Assembly: GCA_913042205.1 (NCBI GenBank)
Contig: CAJWIY010000004.1
Coordinates: forward strand, 3,911-67,910
DNA length: 64,000 bases
From: an uncultured Gammaproteobacteria bacterium
GTDB lineage: Bacteria > Pseudomonadota > Gammaproteobacteria > Pseudomonadales > Litorivicinaceae
Direction of reading: 5' to 3'
In this document: piece by piece, positions 10,277-20,259 of the stretch
Layout: each line of letters opens with the position of its first letter
Numbering within the stretch: position 1 is the first letter of the stretch
The notes under the pieces: model-generated
Told to the model about the DNA's origin: nothing
Database searches by the model: none
Seen by the model: only the letters and a program-made list of their open reading frames with translations
Translations under genes and position numbers: made by a program

Positions 10277-10946
10277 ACTTCAGGCCTTTTTCAGCGAGCT
10301 TTGATCGCATGTTGTAGATATCAAGACCAAGCTCACCACTCGCGAGCCTCAGCCTCTTATCTTCCTCTTTTGCCTCTCGGTCGAGCGCTGAAGCGAGAAC
10401 CGACTCCGCCTCCTCACGTCTTACCACGCACACACCGTCGTCGTCTGCAATCACCACGTCACCGGGATTAATAAGTTCGTCGGCGCAAACTAGAGGAATG
10501 TTCACAGAGCCAAGGGTTTCCTTTATTGTCCCCTGCGCAAATACGTGCTTTGCCCACACAGGAAAATTCATTTCCCTCAAAATCTTGGTGTCTCTGACCC
10601 CACCCTCTACAATCAAACCCACCACACCTCTAGCCTGTGCCGAGGTAGCGAGTAGGTCCCCAAAAAAACCATGGTTCGACGGTGAGGTCGGAGCAAATAC
10701 CAAAATGTCACCGGCCTGACATTGCTCGATGGCGACGTGCATCATCCAATTATCGCCAGCCGCACCCGAGATCGTGATCGCATTCCCTGCGACCGATACG
10801 TCTTGCTGTATCGGACACATGTAATCAGCCAATAACCCGCGTCGACCCTGAGCCTCATGGACCGTAGCCACGCCGCATCGCGCCAGTCCGTCCCGCACCT
10901 CATTGCTAACACGATCAATATTCTGAACAACCACATTCTTATCCAT
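10269..10946 (-). CDS. ligK: 4-carboxy-4-hydroxy-2-oxoadipate aldolase / oxaloacetate decarboxylase (RraA-like fold)
   Basis: 225 aa. [13 protein letters not shown] and [24 protein letters not shown]. Sits between ligJ and ligU, with an 8-nt overlap with the ligU start. Confidence 0.85.
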   Translation of the reverse strand: MDKNVVVQNIDRVSNEVRDGLARCGVATVHEAQGRRGLLADYMCPIQQDVSVAGNAITISGAAGDNWMMHVAIEQCQAGDILVFAPTSPSNHGFFGDLLATSAQARGVVGLIVEGGVRDTKILREMNFPVWAKHVFAQGTIKETLGSVNIPLVCADELINPGDVVIADDDGVCVVRREEAESVLASALDREAKEEDKRLRLASGELGLDIYNMRSKLAEKGLKYV

Positions 10947-10947
10947 A

Positions 10948-11964
10948 TCAGTCCTCGAGCTTTAATCTGCTGAACACTCGAAGAGCGTTGCCAGAGAATA
11001 TTTGTTGTTTTTCATCGGTCGTTAGTTTGGTGTTATTGTCGATGTATCGTTTGGTGTCATCGAAGTAGTACCCAGTCTCTGGATCAATACCCCGAACTGC
11101 TCCAATCATCTCCGACGCAAATAAAATATTTTTGACCGGAACGATGTCCAACAATAAATCAATCCCTCGTTGATGATATACGCAGGTATCGAAGTAGATA
11201 TTGTTCAACGCGGACTCCTCGAGTGGAGGATATCCCTGATCTTGCAAGATGCCACGGAAACGTCCCCAGTGGTAAGGAACAGCACCTCCACCGTGAGGAA
11301 TGATAATCTTCAGGGATGGAAAATCTTTGAATACCTCAGACATCACCAGCTGCTGGAAGCCCGTAGTATCGGCACCGAGATAGTGCGATCCCGTGGTATA
11401 AAAGCAGTCATTACACGCAGCGCTGACGTGAACCATCGCTGGAATATCGAGCTCACACATCACTTCATAGATTGGATAGAACGACTTATCAGCTAACGAC
11501 TGATCCTGCCAATATCCGCCTGACGGATCGGGATTTAGGTTGACACCTAAAAACCCCATTTCCTCAACAGTACGACGAATCTCAGGCACTGACTTTTTGG
11601 GCGCCACGCCAGGAGACTGGGGAAGCTGTGCCACCGGCGCAAAGTTCTTAGGAAACAAATCACAAACACGTCGAATGATATCGTTTTGGTGCTCGGTCCA
11701 ATATAAACTTGTCCACTCGTTACCGATATGGTGTCCCATCCAACTCGCGCGCGGAGAAAAAATTGTTAGGTCAGTCCCACGTTCCTCTTGAAGTCTCAGC
11801 TGATTTTTCTCAATCGATTCCCGGATCTCATCGTCGGTTATATCGATCGAACCTTTCTCTCCTTTAAACGAAGGCTCCTTTCCAACCGCTTCCTTTTGTG
11901 CCTCTCTATAGGCTCCAACGCCGGGAGGAGTGGTGGTGTAATGCCCATGGCAATCAATGATCAT
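10948..11964 (-). CDS. ligJ: 4-oxalomesaconate hydratase (amidohydrolase_2 family)
   Basis: 338 aa. Starts [11 protein letters not shown] (HxH metal motif). 1-nt gap to ligK. Lies in the lig operon. Confidence 0.85.
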   Translation of the reverse strand: MIIDCHGHYTTTPPGVGAYREAQKEAVGKEPSFKGEKGSIDITDDEIRESIEKNQLRLQEERGTDLTIFSPRASWMGHHIGNEWTSLYWTEHQNDIIRRVCDLFPKNFAPVAQLPQSPGVAPKKSVPEIRRTVEEMGFLGVNLNPDPSGGYWQDQSLADKSFYPIYEVMCELDIPAMVHVSAACNDCFYTTGSHYLGADTTGFQQLVMSEVFKDFPSLKIIIPHGGGAVPYHWGRFRGILQDQGYPPLEESALNNIYFDTCVYHQRGIDLLLDIVPVKNILFASEMIGAVRGIDPETGYYFDDTKRYIDNNTKLTTDEKQQIFSGNALRVFSRLKLED

Positions 11965-12083
11965 AGTGTTTCCTAACTTTGCACCATCACAATCTATTCA
12001 CTCGGTCTTAATTTCACAAATAACAAGATAACTGCTGAGGTATAAAAAATCCGACTCGAGAGCCAGCAGCATTGCGCACCGTC

Positions 12084-12974
12084 TCAACGATCACCGTTCA
12101 ACTTTTCGTTGATCGATCGGCTGACAATGACCAAGTCATCGGTGTCCAGAGACAACCCTAGATCACCGACACGTTGCTGCCACTCGACTGTGGAACGCGT
12201 CATGTCAGCAGGTAACCCGGCCTCCTCAATAGTCGCAACAGCTTCACGCATCTCAGCAGCTCTACGTATTCCATGCCTGCACATTCGCTCCAAGTTGTAA
12301 CCACCGCACTTCAGCCAGTCCAAACCCTCAAAACTTCTCGTCAGGGACGTAACAATTTCCGGCTGGATTCCTAATCGCTCCGCGGTCAGGAAACACTCTG
12401 CACTCAGGGCCTCAACACCCTTAATCATTATTGAGCGCGTCATTTTTAGAGCAGACGCTTGGCCAACTTTCATCCCACAAAAAGACGCGTTGTAACCGAA
12501 ATAGTCCAAGAATTTCACACAACGCTCTGCCGAGGGGCCTGAAACTAATAGCGGGGTCTCGATCCGTGAGGGGTTCACAGGGCTCATAATCGCGACGTCC
12601 ACTAGTTCGCCACCCGCGTCTGTGACCATTTCAGCGTTTGCGCGTTTTGTTCGGGGTGAACACGAGTTCATTTCGAGATACATAAAACGAGATTTCACGG
12701 TCTTGCATACTGCCTGACAAGCCTGCGCTGCTTGATCAGCGGTTACCAAACTGACAACCCAATCAACGTCAGTCAAGGCATCGGTTAACGAACTAGCAGG
12801 TATAAATTGCGCACGAGTAATGCGATCACGACAGGTCGGTTCGTCTGCCTCAAGTTTCAAGTCCCAAGCCAATGGATCTTGGGAAACGAACCCACCTGAC
12901 AGAGCTTCTCCCGCCTCTCCAAATCCGACAAAGCAAATATTTTGCTTCATAGACAAGTTAAATAAAGCAGTCAT
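12084..12974 (-). CDS. NAD(P)-binding oxidoreductase, 6-phosphogluconate-dehydrogenase-like N-domain with DUF1932-type C-domain
   Basis: 296 aa. Rossmann start ICFVGFGEAGEALSGG. Flanked by spacers of about 120 nt on both sides, unlike the other lig genes. Confidence 0.65.
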   Translation of the reverse strand: MTALFNLSMKQNICFVGFGEAGEALSGGFVSQDPLAWDLKLEADEPTCRDRITRAQFIPASSLTDALTDVDWVVSLVTADQAAQACQAVCKTVKSRFMYLEMNSCSPRTKRANAEMVTDAGGELVDVAIMSPVNPSRIETPLLVSGPSAERCVKFLDYFGYNASFCGMKVGQASALKMTRSIMIKGVEALSAECFLTAERLGIQPEIVTSLTRSFEGLDWLKCGGYNLERMCRHGIRRAAEMREAVATIEEAGLPADMTRSTVEWQQRVGDLGLSLDTDDLVIVSRSINEKLNGDR

Positions 12975-13094
12975 CTGATTTCCCCACCAATCGTAGCGGT
13001 ATTCAGTTTATATTTTCTTGAGCACATGGCGACCATGCCTAGGCTATAAGGAAGGTTGCGAATTGGATGTTTCAATGGGCTCTAGAAAGAGTAA

Positions 13095-14051
13095 TCATTT
13101 CGTCATCTTCTGTTCAATTTCGTGCATGATTCTCATCGCCGGCAAGCACTGCTCCAGGGAGCTATTGGGTTCTCTGTCCTCGAAGATTGCGGACACGAAC
13201 TCGCGGTCGATCAGTTCTATCCCATTTAACGAAACATCGACATCAGAGACATCTATTTGATTATTGTGACCGTCGTATAAGTCATCATAACTCGCGATGT
13301 AAGTTCCATTGTCGCAGATGTATCTGAAGTAGGACCCAAGAGGGCCATTATTATTGAACGATAATGACAACGTGCAAAGCTTCCCGGTCTCCGTCTTCAT
13401 CAAAATCGACATATCCATAGCGATTCCCAGATCAGGGTGAGTTGGTCCCTGTATGGCGTGAACTTCGGTCACCTCTTCACCGGCCTGATATCGAAACAGA
13501 TCGATTGAGTGACAGGCATGATGCCAAAGCAGGTGGTCGGTCCAAGATCGGGGCTCACCCTTTGCGTTCATATTAGTTCGCCGGAAGAAATAAGTCTGAA
13601 TATCCATTTGTTGAACAGACAATTCACCCGCGATAATTTTATTGTGGACCCACTGATGAGACGGATTAAACCGACGAACATGTCCCGCCATCGCCACAAG
13701 CCCTGTCTCCTTTTGTTTGGCTACGAGTACCTCTGAGTCGGCCAATGTATCTGCCATCGGTATCTCGATAAGGACGTGTTTACCGGCAGCCATTGCTTTA
13801 AGACCCTGCTCAGCATGAATCTGGGTAGGGGTTGCCAGTATCACCGCATCCAAATCCGACAAACCAAGCATCTGATCGTAGTCATCGAATCGGTTCGGGA
13901 TTGAATATTTATCTGAGATGCGATCGGCCTTATCCAAGGTAGTAGCCATCGCGGCTACAATTTCTACCTCCTCAATCTGTGCCAACGCATCTAGGTGTTT
14001 CGATCCAAACGCTCCGTTGGCTCCGGCGACGCCGATGCGAACTTTACTCAT
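13095..14051 (-). CDS. ligC: 4-carboxy-2-hydroxymuconate-6-semialdehyde dehydrogenase (Gfo/Idh/MocA)
   Basis: 318 aa. Strongly colinear with SYK-6 LigC as recalled (RRFNPSHQWVHNKIIAGEL, MNAKGEPRSWTDHLLWHHA, LSLSFNNNGPLG, FRYICDNGTY). Confidence 0.9.
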   Translation of the reverse strand: MSKVRIGVAGANGAFGSKHLDALAQIEEVEIVAAMATTLDKADRISDKYSIPNRFDDYDQMLGLSDLDAVILATPTQIHAEQGLKAMAAGKHVLIEIPMADTLADSEVLVAKQKETGLVAMAGHVRRFNPSHQWVHNKIIAGELSVQQMDIQTYFFRRTNMNAKGEPRSWTDHLLWHHACHSIDLFRYQAGEEVTEVHAIQGPTHPDLGIAMDMSILMKTETGKLCTLSLSFNNNGPLGSYFRYICDNGTYIASYDDLYDGHNNQIDVSDVDVSLNGIELIDREFVSAIFEDREPNSSLEQCLPAMRIMHEIEQKMTK

Positions 14052-14068
14052 TAAACGGTTCTCCTGTT

Positions 14069-14908
14069 CTACTTATTCTCGAGGATAATGGCGCCATAGG
14101 CGGTCGCTGATACCGGGATATGATAGAGCCGGAATACTTCATCGACATCGTCTTCCAGTGCCCCTCTCATTACGTTCCACATAATCATCTCCACGCCCTC
14201 ACAGCCTGCCTCACGCATAAATTCTGTGTGGGAAATCCGAGTATTTGCGAGTGGATCTCTACTCAAATTATCAAGAAACTTTTGATCAAATTCCGGGTTA
14301 ACAACACCCACTCGCTCACCTCCGAGCTGATGCGATAAGCCCCCGGTACCCCAGATGCCGACATTGATCTGTTCAGGAAATGACGCCACCGCCCTGCCTA
14401 TGGCTTGACCCAGCTTGTAGCAGCGCAGGGCCGTGGGCAGAGGATGCTGAATAACATTGACGCATACCGGAACCACTGCAGCTGGCCATTCTTTTGGTTG
14501 TCCGTACGCGATCGATAAAGGTACGGTGAACCCGTGATCTAAGTCCATGCTCGCATGTACAGCAAGATCGAACTCTTCGGCCATCGCCGACTCGACAATA
14601 TGCCACGCCAAATCAGGATAGCCGCTCATGCTTGGAACTTGACGAGGACCCCAGCCCTCATCCGCAGGTTCGAAGTTTTCACCAACCCCAACAGTGAATG
14701 TCGAATAACTATCAAGGGAAAACTCTGTAGCGTGGTCGTTGTAGACAATAATATTAACATCTGGAGTATTGGCCCGGTGCCAGGCTCTTAAAGGCTCCAA
14801 ACCCTCGAAAAGTTGCTTCCAATAGGGTTCCTGAGTTTTGCCGTTATCCATGGCCGCGCCCAAACCGGGGACATGAGATGTGCCCATCCCGGCAATTAGC
14901 TTAGCCAT
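14069..14908 (-). CDS. ligB: Protocatechuate 4,5-dioxygenase beta subunit (class III extradiol)
   Basis: Start placed at MAKLIAGMGTSHVP (ATG 14908), giving an 8-nt overlap with ligA. The ORF-track start at 14959 would overlap ligA by 59 nt. Motifs VYNDHA, GWGPR, DHGFTVPL and WGTGGLSHQL. Confidence 0.9.
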   Translation of the reverse strand: MAKLIAGMGTSHVPGLGAAMDNGKTQEPYWKQLFEGLEPLRAWHRANTPDVNIIVYNDHATEFSLDSYSTFTVGVGENFEPADEGWGPRQVPSMSGYPDLAWHIVESAMAEEFDLAVHASMDLDHGFTVPLSIAYGQPKEWPAAVVPVCVNVIQHPLPTALRCYKLGQAIGRAVASFPEQINVGIWGTGGLSHQLGGERVGVVNPEFDQKFLDNLSRDPLANTRISHTEFMREAGCEGVEMIMWNVMRGALEDDVDEVFRLYHIPVSATAYGAIILENK

Positions 14909-15347
14909 CTTTCCACTCCTCAACAGAGCGGTTACCGTCGATTGGACGACCACCATCAATCATCATTTGCTGAAATTCGTCAAATGTCAGCCTAGGCTCT
15001 GCCATCTGCCCATACATCACTTGTGGCGGCTGTCTATCGAATGAAATCAGCTTGAACGCGTAATAAACATTAGCCCCCAACTTCAGGAGATCGAGGAACC
15101 GACGGTCCAAAACCGCGCTCTTCTGATCCTCGGTCATCCTAAAGGTATCCAGGTACGCTTGCTCGTCCTCCGCAAATTTATCTCGACACTCGGCGTCGTT
15201 CAGGCTCATCAGAAACATGTTGACGTGGTAACCCTTTCTATAGGTTCTACTATCAAGGGGATAAGTACCGGGAATGTCGTCGTAGTCTCTTTCCATAAAT
15301 CGTCCAAATCCGAATTGGTATCGGCCTCGCAAATCAGTAAGGATCAA
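14901..15347 (-). CDS. ligA: Protocatechuate 4,5-dioxygenase alpha subunit
   Basis: 148 aa. TTG start with GGAG 5 nt upstream; alternative ATG at 15296. YDDIPGT, KGYHVNMF and MMIDGGRP match LigA. Confidence 0.85.
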   Translation of the reverse strand: MILTDLRGRYQFGFGRFMERDYDDIPGTYPLDSRTYRKGYHVNMFLMSLNDAECRDKFAEDEQAYLDTFRMTEDQKSAVLDRRFLDLLKLGANVYYAFKLISFDRQPPQVMYGQMAEPRLTFDEFQQMMIDGGRPIDGNRSVEEWKDG

Positions 15348-15468
15348 TTAGTCTCCATAGAAACACTATTGCCACTACAGATAAAACAAAAATTGGTCGC
15401 CAACTGTGCCGACTAATAGGTCCACTTATATATAAGCGAGTCAGCAGCAAGATAATAACAAAATAGTT

Positions 15469-15485
15469 CTTAGTGCTGGACTAAG
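15469..15485. promoter_or_regulatory. Perfect inverted repeat CTTAGT-N5-ACTAAG in the lig / kinase divergent region
   Basis: Read directly from the sequence. Same CTTAG/CTAAG half-sites as the N4 palindrome family but with wider spacing. A second perfect palindrome, CTTATATATAAG, lies at 15425-15436. Confidence 0.35.
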
Positions 15486-15561
15486 ATTCAAAATAAAAAC
15501 ACCATGCTGTTGATATCCGTCCTGTCTTTTTAATCAAACCTACTGGGACTGCAACATCGGC

Positions 15562-16192
15562 ATGGTAACTAACTGGGAAGATCAAGTAGATTGTCTCGTT
15601 GACGACATAGAGACCGTGCGAAAACACACTATCCACCGTAAGTTAATTGCGGTGGCAGGTCCCCCCTGCTTCCGGTAAAACAACGTTGGCTCAGACATTA
15701 GCCGACCGACTAAATATTTGTTCATATCTGTCCCTGGACGGGTTTCATTTGGATAACTCGATACTCATTGAAAGAGGCTTAAGAAACCGAAAAGGGTCAC
15801 CAGAAACATTCGATGTAAACGGCTTCGCTGACTTGCTCCGACGACTTGAGAAAAAGGAAGAGATCTACGTACCCGCCTTCGATCGTGACACAGAGCACGC
15901 AATCAACTGTGCATATCCAATTCCCTATCACGATGATTTGGTTATTGTTGAGGGGAACTATTTACTTCTTGACGAACCCATTTGGAGGGATTTAAGCGAC
16001 TACTGGAACCTGACGGTGTTTCTGGAATTAGACCTAAGATCATTGAAACGACGACTAACGAAACGCTGGATCGCCCAAGGTTTTGATGAACAGGAAGTGG
16101 GGGTGTGGATTGAGACAAATGATCTACCAAATGCGCAACGAGTATTGCGAAACCGGATACCGGAGGATATTACTCTCTACGTGAGAGGCTAA
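15562..16192 (+). pseudogene. P-loop nucleoside/nucleotide kinase family (uridine kinase / FrcK-like), interrupted by a +1 frameshift in a C6 tract
   Basis: ATG at 15562 gives MVTNWEDQVDCLVDDIETVRKHTIHRKLIAVAGPP, then stops at 15676-15678. The next frame continues (P)ASGKTTLAQ... to 16192. Removing one C from CCCCCC (15661-15666) restores the Walker A motif GPPASGKT and a protein of about 209 aa. Confidence 0.7.
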
Positions 16193-16330
16193 AACAAAAT
16201 CCACCCTTTAAACGAAATAAGTGTAAATCTATCCCAAAACACGATCGATAATCATTGGCGAGGGGCAGATAAATCAGTTATTTTTCTATCGACGACGAAA
16301 ATAAAAAACTACGTCGATTGGAGAAAACTT

Positions 16331-17356
16331 ATGAAAAATATCCTTAAACTCGTAGGCTTGGCGATGTTCACATTATCAACATCGCAGTTCGCACTAGCGG
16401 AGTCGGTTACGTTAAAGTTCCATACCTTCGTTCCGATGCCAGCCAACTCAAATGCAAAGTTCGTGAAGCCTTGGGCTGATAAAGTGGCCAGCGAATCGAA
16501 CGGCGAAATCAAAGTAGAAATGTATCCATCGATGCAGTTAGGCGGCGCACCTCCTCAACTCGTCGACCAAGTGAGGGACGGGGTCGTTGACATCGTATGG
16601 ACAGTAGCTGGTTATACCCCTGGTCGATTCCCTAGATTAGAGGTGTTTGAATTACCGTTCATGCCTGCAACCGCAACCGCCACATCTCAGGCCATTCAAG
16701 AGTACGTCGATACAGTGGCGGCTGAGGATCTGAAAGACTATAAAGTTCTTGCTGTTCACGTGCATGCGCCCGGGAAAATTCATACAAAAAATCGCTTAAT
16801 CAAATCGGCATCAGATCTTAAAGGTCTAAAAATGCGTGGCCCAACCCGGCCAATTACTCAAATGTTAGAAAAGCTCGGCGCTACACCGGTGGGGATGCCT
16901 GTACCGAAAGTAGCTCCCTCGCTTTCGAAAGGAGTAATCGATGGAATGGTCGTCCCATGGGAGATTATGCCGTCGTTCAAGCTACAGGAGCTGACAAAAG
17001 CGCACACAAATATTGCTGGCTCGCGGGGCTTATATACCAGCCCATTTTTGTTCATCATGAACAAGGCCAAGTACGAGTCCTTGAGCGCAAAACACAAGGC
17101 CATCATCGACAAAAATGCTGGGATGGCATTAGCAAAGCTTGCGGGTGAACTTTGGGATAGTTTTGAAGATCCTGCTCGGGGTCTTGCCGTGAAAGCTGGT
17201 GGGCAATTCCATGAGCTATCAGGGGCACCTTTGAAGGAAATGCAGACAATCGGTGACCAACTCGTTTCCGACTGGATCAATAACTCGGGATCACGGGGCC
17301 TAGATGGAAAGAAACTCGTCGATCAGGCTCGTAACTTAATCAAAAAGTATGAGTGA
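16331..17356 (+). CDS. TRAP transporter substrate-binding protein (DctP family)
   Basis: 341 aa. Signal peptide MKNILKLVGLAMFTLSTSQFALA. DctP-like sequence, followed by Q and M subunit genes. Confidence 0.85.
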   Translation: MKNILKLVGLAMFTLSTSQFALAESVTLKFHTFVPMPANSNAKFVKPWADKVASESNGEIKVEMYPSMQLGGAPPQLVDQVRDGVVDIVWTVAGYTPGRFPRLEVFELPFMPATATATSQAIQEYVDTVAAEDLKDYKVLAVHVHAPGKIHTKNRLIKSASDLKGLKMRGPTRPITQMLEKLGATPVGMPVPKVAPSLSKGVIDGMVVPWEIMPSFKLQELTKAHTNIAGSRGLYTSPFLFIMNKAKYESLSAKHKAIIDKNAGMALAKLAGELWDSFEDPARGLAVKAGGQFHELSGAPLKEMQTIGDQLVSDWINNSGSRGLDGKKLVDQARNLIKKYE

Positions 17357-17891
17357 TCCGGAACCGTCGAGTCCATTGAAAATAATTGGGTCCGGCCCAG
17401 TGAATTGGGTCGGGCTTCTCCTTCACAGATACTCAACCTATGCCGCTTTTTTTGGAGGCTTTACACTAGTCATCCTTGTGGCCGTCAATGCGACGTCTAT
17501 CGCTGGTCGCACCCTATTTGCGAGCCCGCTGGTCGGCGATTTTGAACTTGTAGAGATGGGTTGTGCGATCGCAATTTCATCATTCCTGCCATTGTGTCTC
17601 CTGAAAAAAGGAAACGTAACAGTCGATTTTTTTTCAGCGAGATTTCCCCCAAAACTTATCCACAGCTTGGAAATATTTACAGATCTAATCTTCGTCGTGG
17701 TCTCGGCAACTTTCTCAATGCGCATGACCGTAGGTATTCAAGATTTCTACAAATACGGTGAAGAAACCATGCTTCTTCAGATACCAGTCTGGATTCCGTT
17801 TATCCCGGTCTTAGTCTCTTTTTATTTGTTGACGGCCTGCGCCATATACAGCCTCGTATCCCATTGTCTTCAGGCCCCAAGGACCAGTTAA
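17349..17891 (+). CDS. TRAP transporter small permease (DctQ family)
   Basis: 180 aa with 4 hydrophobic helices. 8-nt overlap with the binding-protein gene. Confidence 0.75.
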   Translation: MSDPEPSSPLKIIGSGPVNWVGLLLHRYSTYAAFFGGFTLVILVAVNATSIAGRTLFASPLVGDFELVEMGCAIAISSFLPLCLLKKGNVTVDFFSARFPPKLIHSLEIFTDLIFVVVSATFSMRMTVGIQDFYKYGEETMLLQIPVWIPFIPVLVSFYLLTACAIYSLVSHCLQAPRTS

Positions 17892-17895
17892 TAGA

Positions 17896-19215
17896 ATGGA
17901 ACGGTTAACAATCGGGATACTGGCCTTTCCAATTTTATTCGCATTGCTCGTGATCAGGGTACCAATTGGTCTCGCAATGCTGATCGTTGGGGCTCTAGGA
18001 ACGGCCACCATCGCTGGCTGGTTACCGCTATTTTCCCAAATGAAAACCAACGCCTGGCATTTATTCTCCAACTACTCTTTATCAGTGATACCGCTGTTTC
18101 TTTTGATGGGGAATTTCGCGACGAAAGCTGGCATGAGTGAGTCATTGTTCAAATGTGCAAGCGCATTCTTGGGTCATCGAAAAGGCGGGGTCGCAATGGC
18201 TGCGATCGGAGGTTGTGCCGGTTTTGGTGCTATTTGTGGTTCATCCTTGGCCACCGCCGCTACGATGGGCAAAGTTGCGCTGCCGGAACTGCGGCGCTTA
18301 GGCTATTCGCCAGCCCTGAGCACAGGCGCGCTCGCCGCAGGTGGCACGTTAGGAATATTGATCCCACCCTCAGTGATCCTCATTATCTTCGCCATTCTCA
18401 CCGAACAAAACATCGCAAAGCTGTTTCTGGCAGCTTTTGTCCCTGGTGCAATGGCAGCAATCGGTTACATGCTTGCGGTCGCAATCTATGTCCGAATTAG
18501 TCCAGACGCGGGACCAGCTTCAATCAGGATCAACTGGCGTGAGAGATTAAAACTATCGGTATCTATTTGGCATGTCCTACTGATTTTTATAACCATGATC
18601 AGCGGTATCTATATGGGATGGTTTACCCCAACAGAGGGCGCTGCCATTGGTGCTTTTGGTACGGGGCTGGTAGCGTCTTTTCAGAAAGACTTCAATTTTG
18701 CGAAGCTCTTAGAGGTTATCGAAAGTACCGCCCTCACGTCTGCGATGATTTTTTTGGTTTTGCTTGGAGCAGAATTCTTTAACTCTCTGATAGCACTCTC
18801 GCAATTACCTGTATTCCTCGTAGATCTCGTTACCGAGGCGAACATAGCGCCAATCTATGTCTTGGTACTCATTCTCCTGTTGTATCTGGTTCTGGGATGT
18901 TTGATGGATAGCCTGGCAATGATCTTGCTTACCATCCCAATTTTTTTTCCTCTCATCATGACACTTGATTTCGGTCTAACTGCAGAAGAGACAGCGATCT
19001 GGTTCGGAATTCTTACCTTGATCGTGGTCGAGGTTGGTCTAATCACACCACCGGTTGGTCTTAACGTTTTTATAATCAACAAAATGGCAGGCGACATTCC
19101 GATATCGGAGACATTTAAGGGTGTACTCCCATTTTTTGCGAGCGATCTGGTCCGGGTATCTATACTGCTACTATTCCCATCAATCACACTTTTCCTGATC
19201 CGGCTTTTTCCTTAG
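17896..19215 (+). CDS. TRAP transporter large permease (DctM family)
   Basis: 439 aa polytopic protein with DctM-like sequence (GHRKGGVAMAAIGGCAGFGAICGSS). Confidence 0.85.
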   Translation: MERLTIGILAFPILFALLVIRVPIGLAMLIVGALGTATIAGWLPLFSQMKTNAWHLFSNYSLSVIPLFLLMGNFATKAGMSESLFKCASAFLGHRKGGVAMAAIGGCAGFGAICGSSLATAATMGKVALPELRRLGYSPALSTGALAAGGTLGILIPPSVILIIFAILTEQNIAKLFLAAFVPGAMAAIGYMLAVAIYVRISPDAGPASIRINWRERLKLSVSIWHVLLIFITMISGIYMGWFTPTEGAAIGAFGTGLVASFQKDFNFAKLLEVIESTALTSAMIFLVLLGAEFFNSLIALSQLPVFLVDLVTEANIAPIYVLVLILLLYLVLGCLMDSLAMILLTIPIFFPLIMTLDFGLTAEETAIWFGILTLIVVEVGLITPPVGLNVFIINKMAGDIPISETFKGVLPFFASDLVRVSILLLFPSITLFLIRLFP

Positions 19216-19294
19216 AAACAAATTCTCTGTTCGGATAAACGTGGTACTTTGTCACATAAAAACAGTGGTTTCTTAAGGTGCAAACCTGAGCATT

Positions 19295-20257
19295 ATGATC
19301 AAAGCACTTAGCTATATCGGAATCAAATCAACCCTCAACGACGATTGGGCCGCTTTTGCAACGAAAGTACTGGGCATGCAGCTATTCGACACAGCTGGTG
19401 GCACCTCAGTCTTCCGTATGGATGATCAGGCACAACGTTTATTCGTATCCGACGAACGCGATGAATCAATTGCCTGCATCGGGTGGGAGGTTGAAACAAA
19501 AGCCGATCTAGAGGTCTTCGGTAGTCGCCTCGAGGCGAACGGGATTGCAGTTTTCCATGGACCCCAAAGCCTCAAGTCAGAGCGGTATGTGAAGGATCTC
19601 CTCTGGTTTATTGATCCTGCTGGATTTCGAGTCGAACTAGTGTGGAGGCCAGAACAAAGTCAGGTTCAATTTGTGCCTGGTCGTCCCATCGAGGGCTTCA
19701 GAACAGGACCGCTGGGCATGGGGCATGTAGTCTTGCATGTTGATAATATTGATCAAATCGTAGTTTTTTACCGTGAAATAATGGGGTTCCAGTTGAGCGA
19801 TTACGGAAATAGTCCAATCCCGCTATATTTCTTTCACGTGAACGAGCGTCACCACAGCCTCGCCTTCGTGGGGTCTAAAAACAGTGGATTCCATCATTTC
19901 ATGATCGAATATGACAACCTTGATGATGTGGGACAGGGATATGACCTAGCCCAAACAGGTCTGGCAGATATCGCGTATACCATCGGGCGTCACACAAACG
20001 ACTACATGATCAGCTACTACGCCTATACCCCATCAGGTTTCTTTGTAGAAAGTGGATGGGGTGGCCGAATTATTGACCCACAAACATGGGTGCCTCATGA
20101 AATAACACTCGGGCCCAGTTTCTGGGGACACGAAAGACTGTATCTGCCAGAAAATGAGCGGAAGACTTTTCAAGACAAGCGTTTACAGATAGCAAAAGAC
20201 GGTCAACGGGCACCACAATTAGCCGACTGTCCGTGGCTTTTTCAAAAGCGGGTCTAG
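19295..20257 (+). CDS. Type I extradiol ring-cleavage dioxygenase (VOC fold, BphC / catechol 2,3-dioxygenase-like)
   Basis: 320 aa. Two-domain VOC pattern: LGMGHVVLHV, NERHHSLAF, and GRHTNDYMISYY, which is typical of 2,3-dihydroxybiphenyl-type dioxygenases. Confidence 0.8.
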   Translation: MIKALSYIGIKSTLNDDWAAFATKVLGMQLFDTAGGTSVFRMDDQAQRLFVSDERDESIACIGWEVETKADLEVFGSRLEANGIAVFHGPQSLKSERYVKDLLWFIDPAGFRVELVWRPEQSQVQFVPGRPIEGFRTGPLGMGHVVLHVDNIDQIVVFYREIMGFQLSDYGNSPIPLYFFHVNERHHSLAFVGSKNSGFHHFMIEYDNLDDVGQGYDLAQTGLADIAYTIGRHTNDYMISYYAYTPSGFFVESGWGGRIIDPQTWVPHEITLGPSFWGHERLYLPENERKTFQDKRLQIAKDGQRAPQLADCPWLFQKRV

Positions 20258-20259
20258 AC

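Noticed and set aside
13018-13260. 80-aa plus-strand ORF partly in the ligC / DUF1932 spacer
   Set aside because: Most of it runs antisense to the 3' end of ligC. No motifs and no ribosome-binding site.
14909-14959. Upstream extension of ligB (MMVVVQSTVTALLRSGK...)
   Set aside because: It would overlap ligA by 59 nt. The LigB family N-terminus matches MAKLIAGMGTSHVP, starting at 14908.
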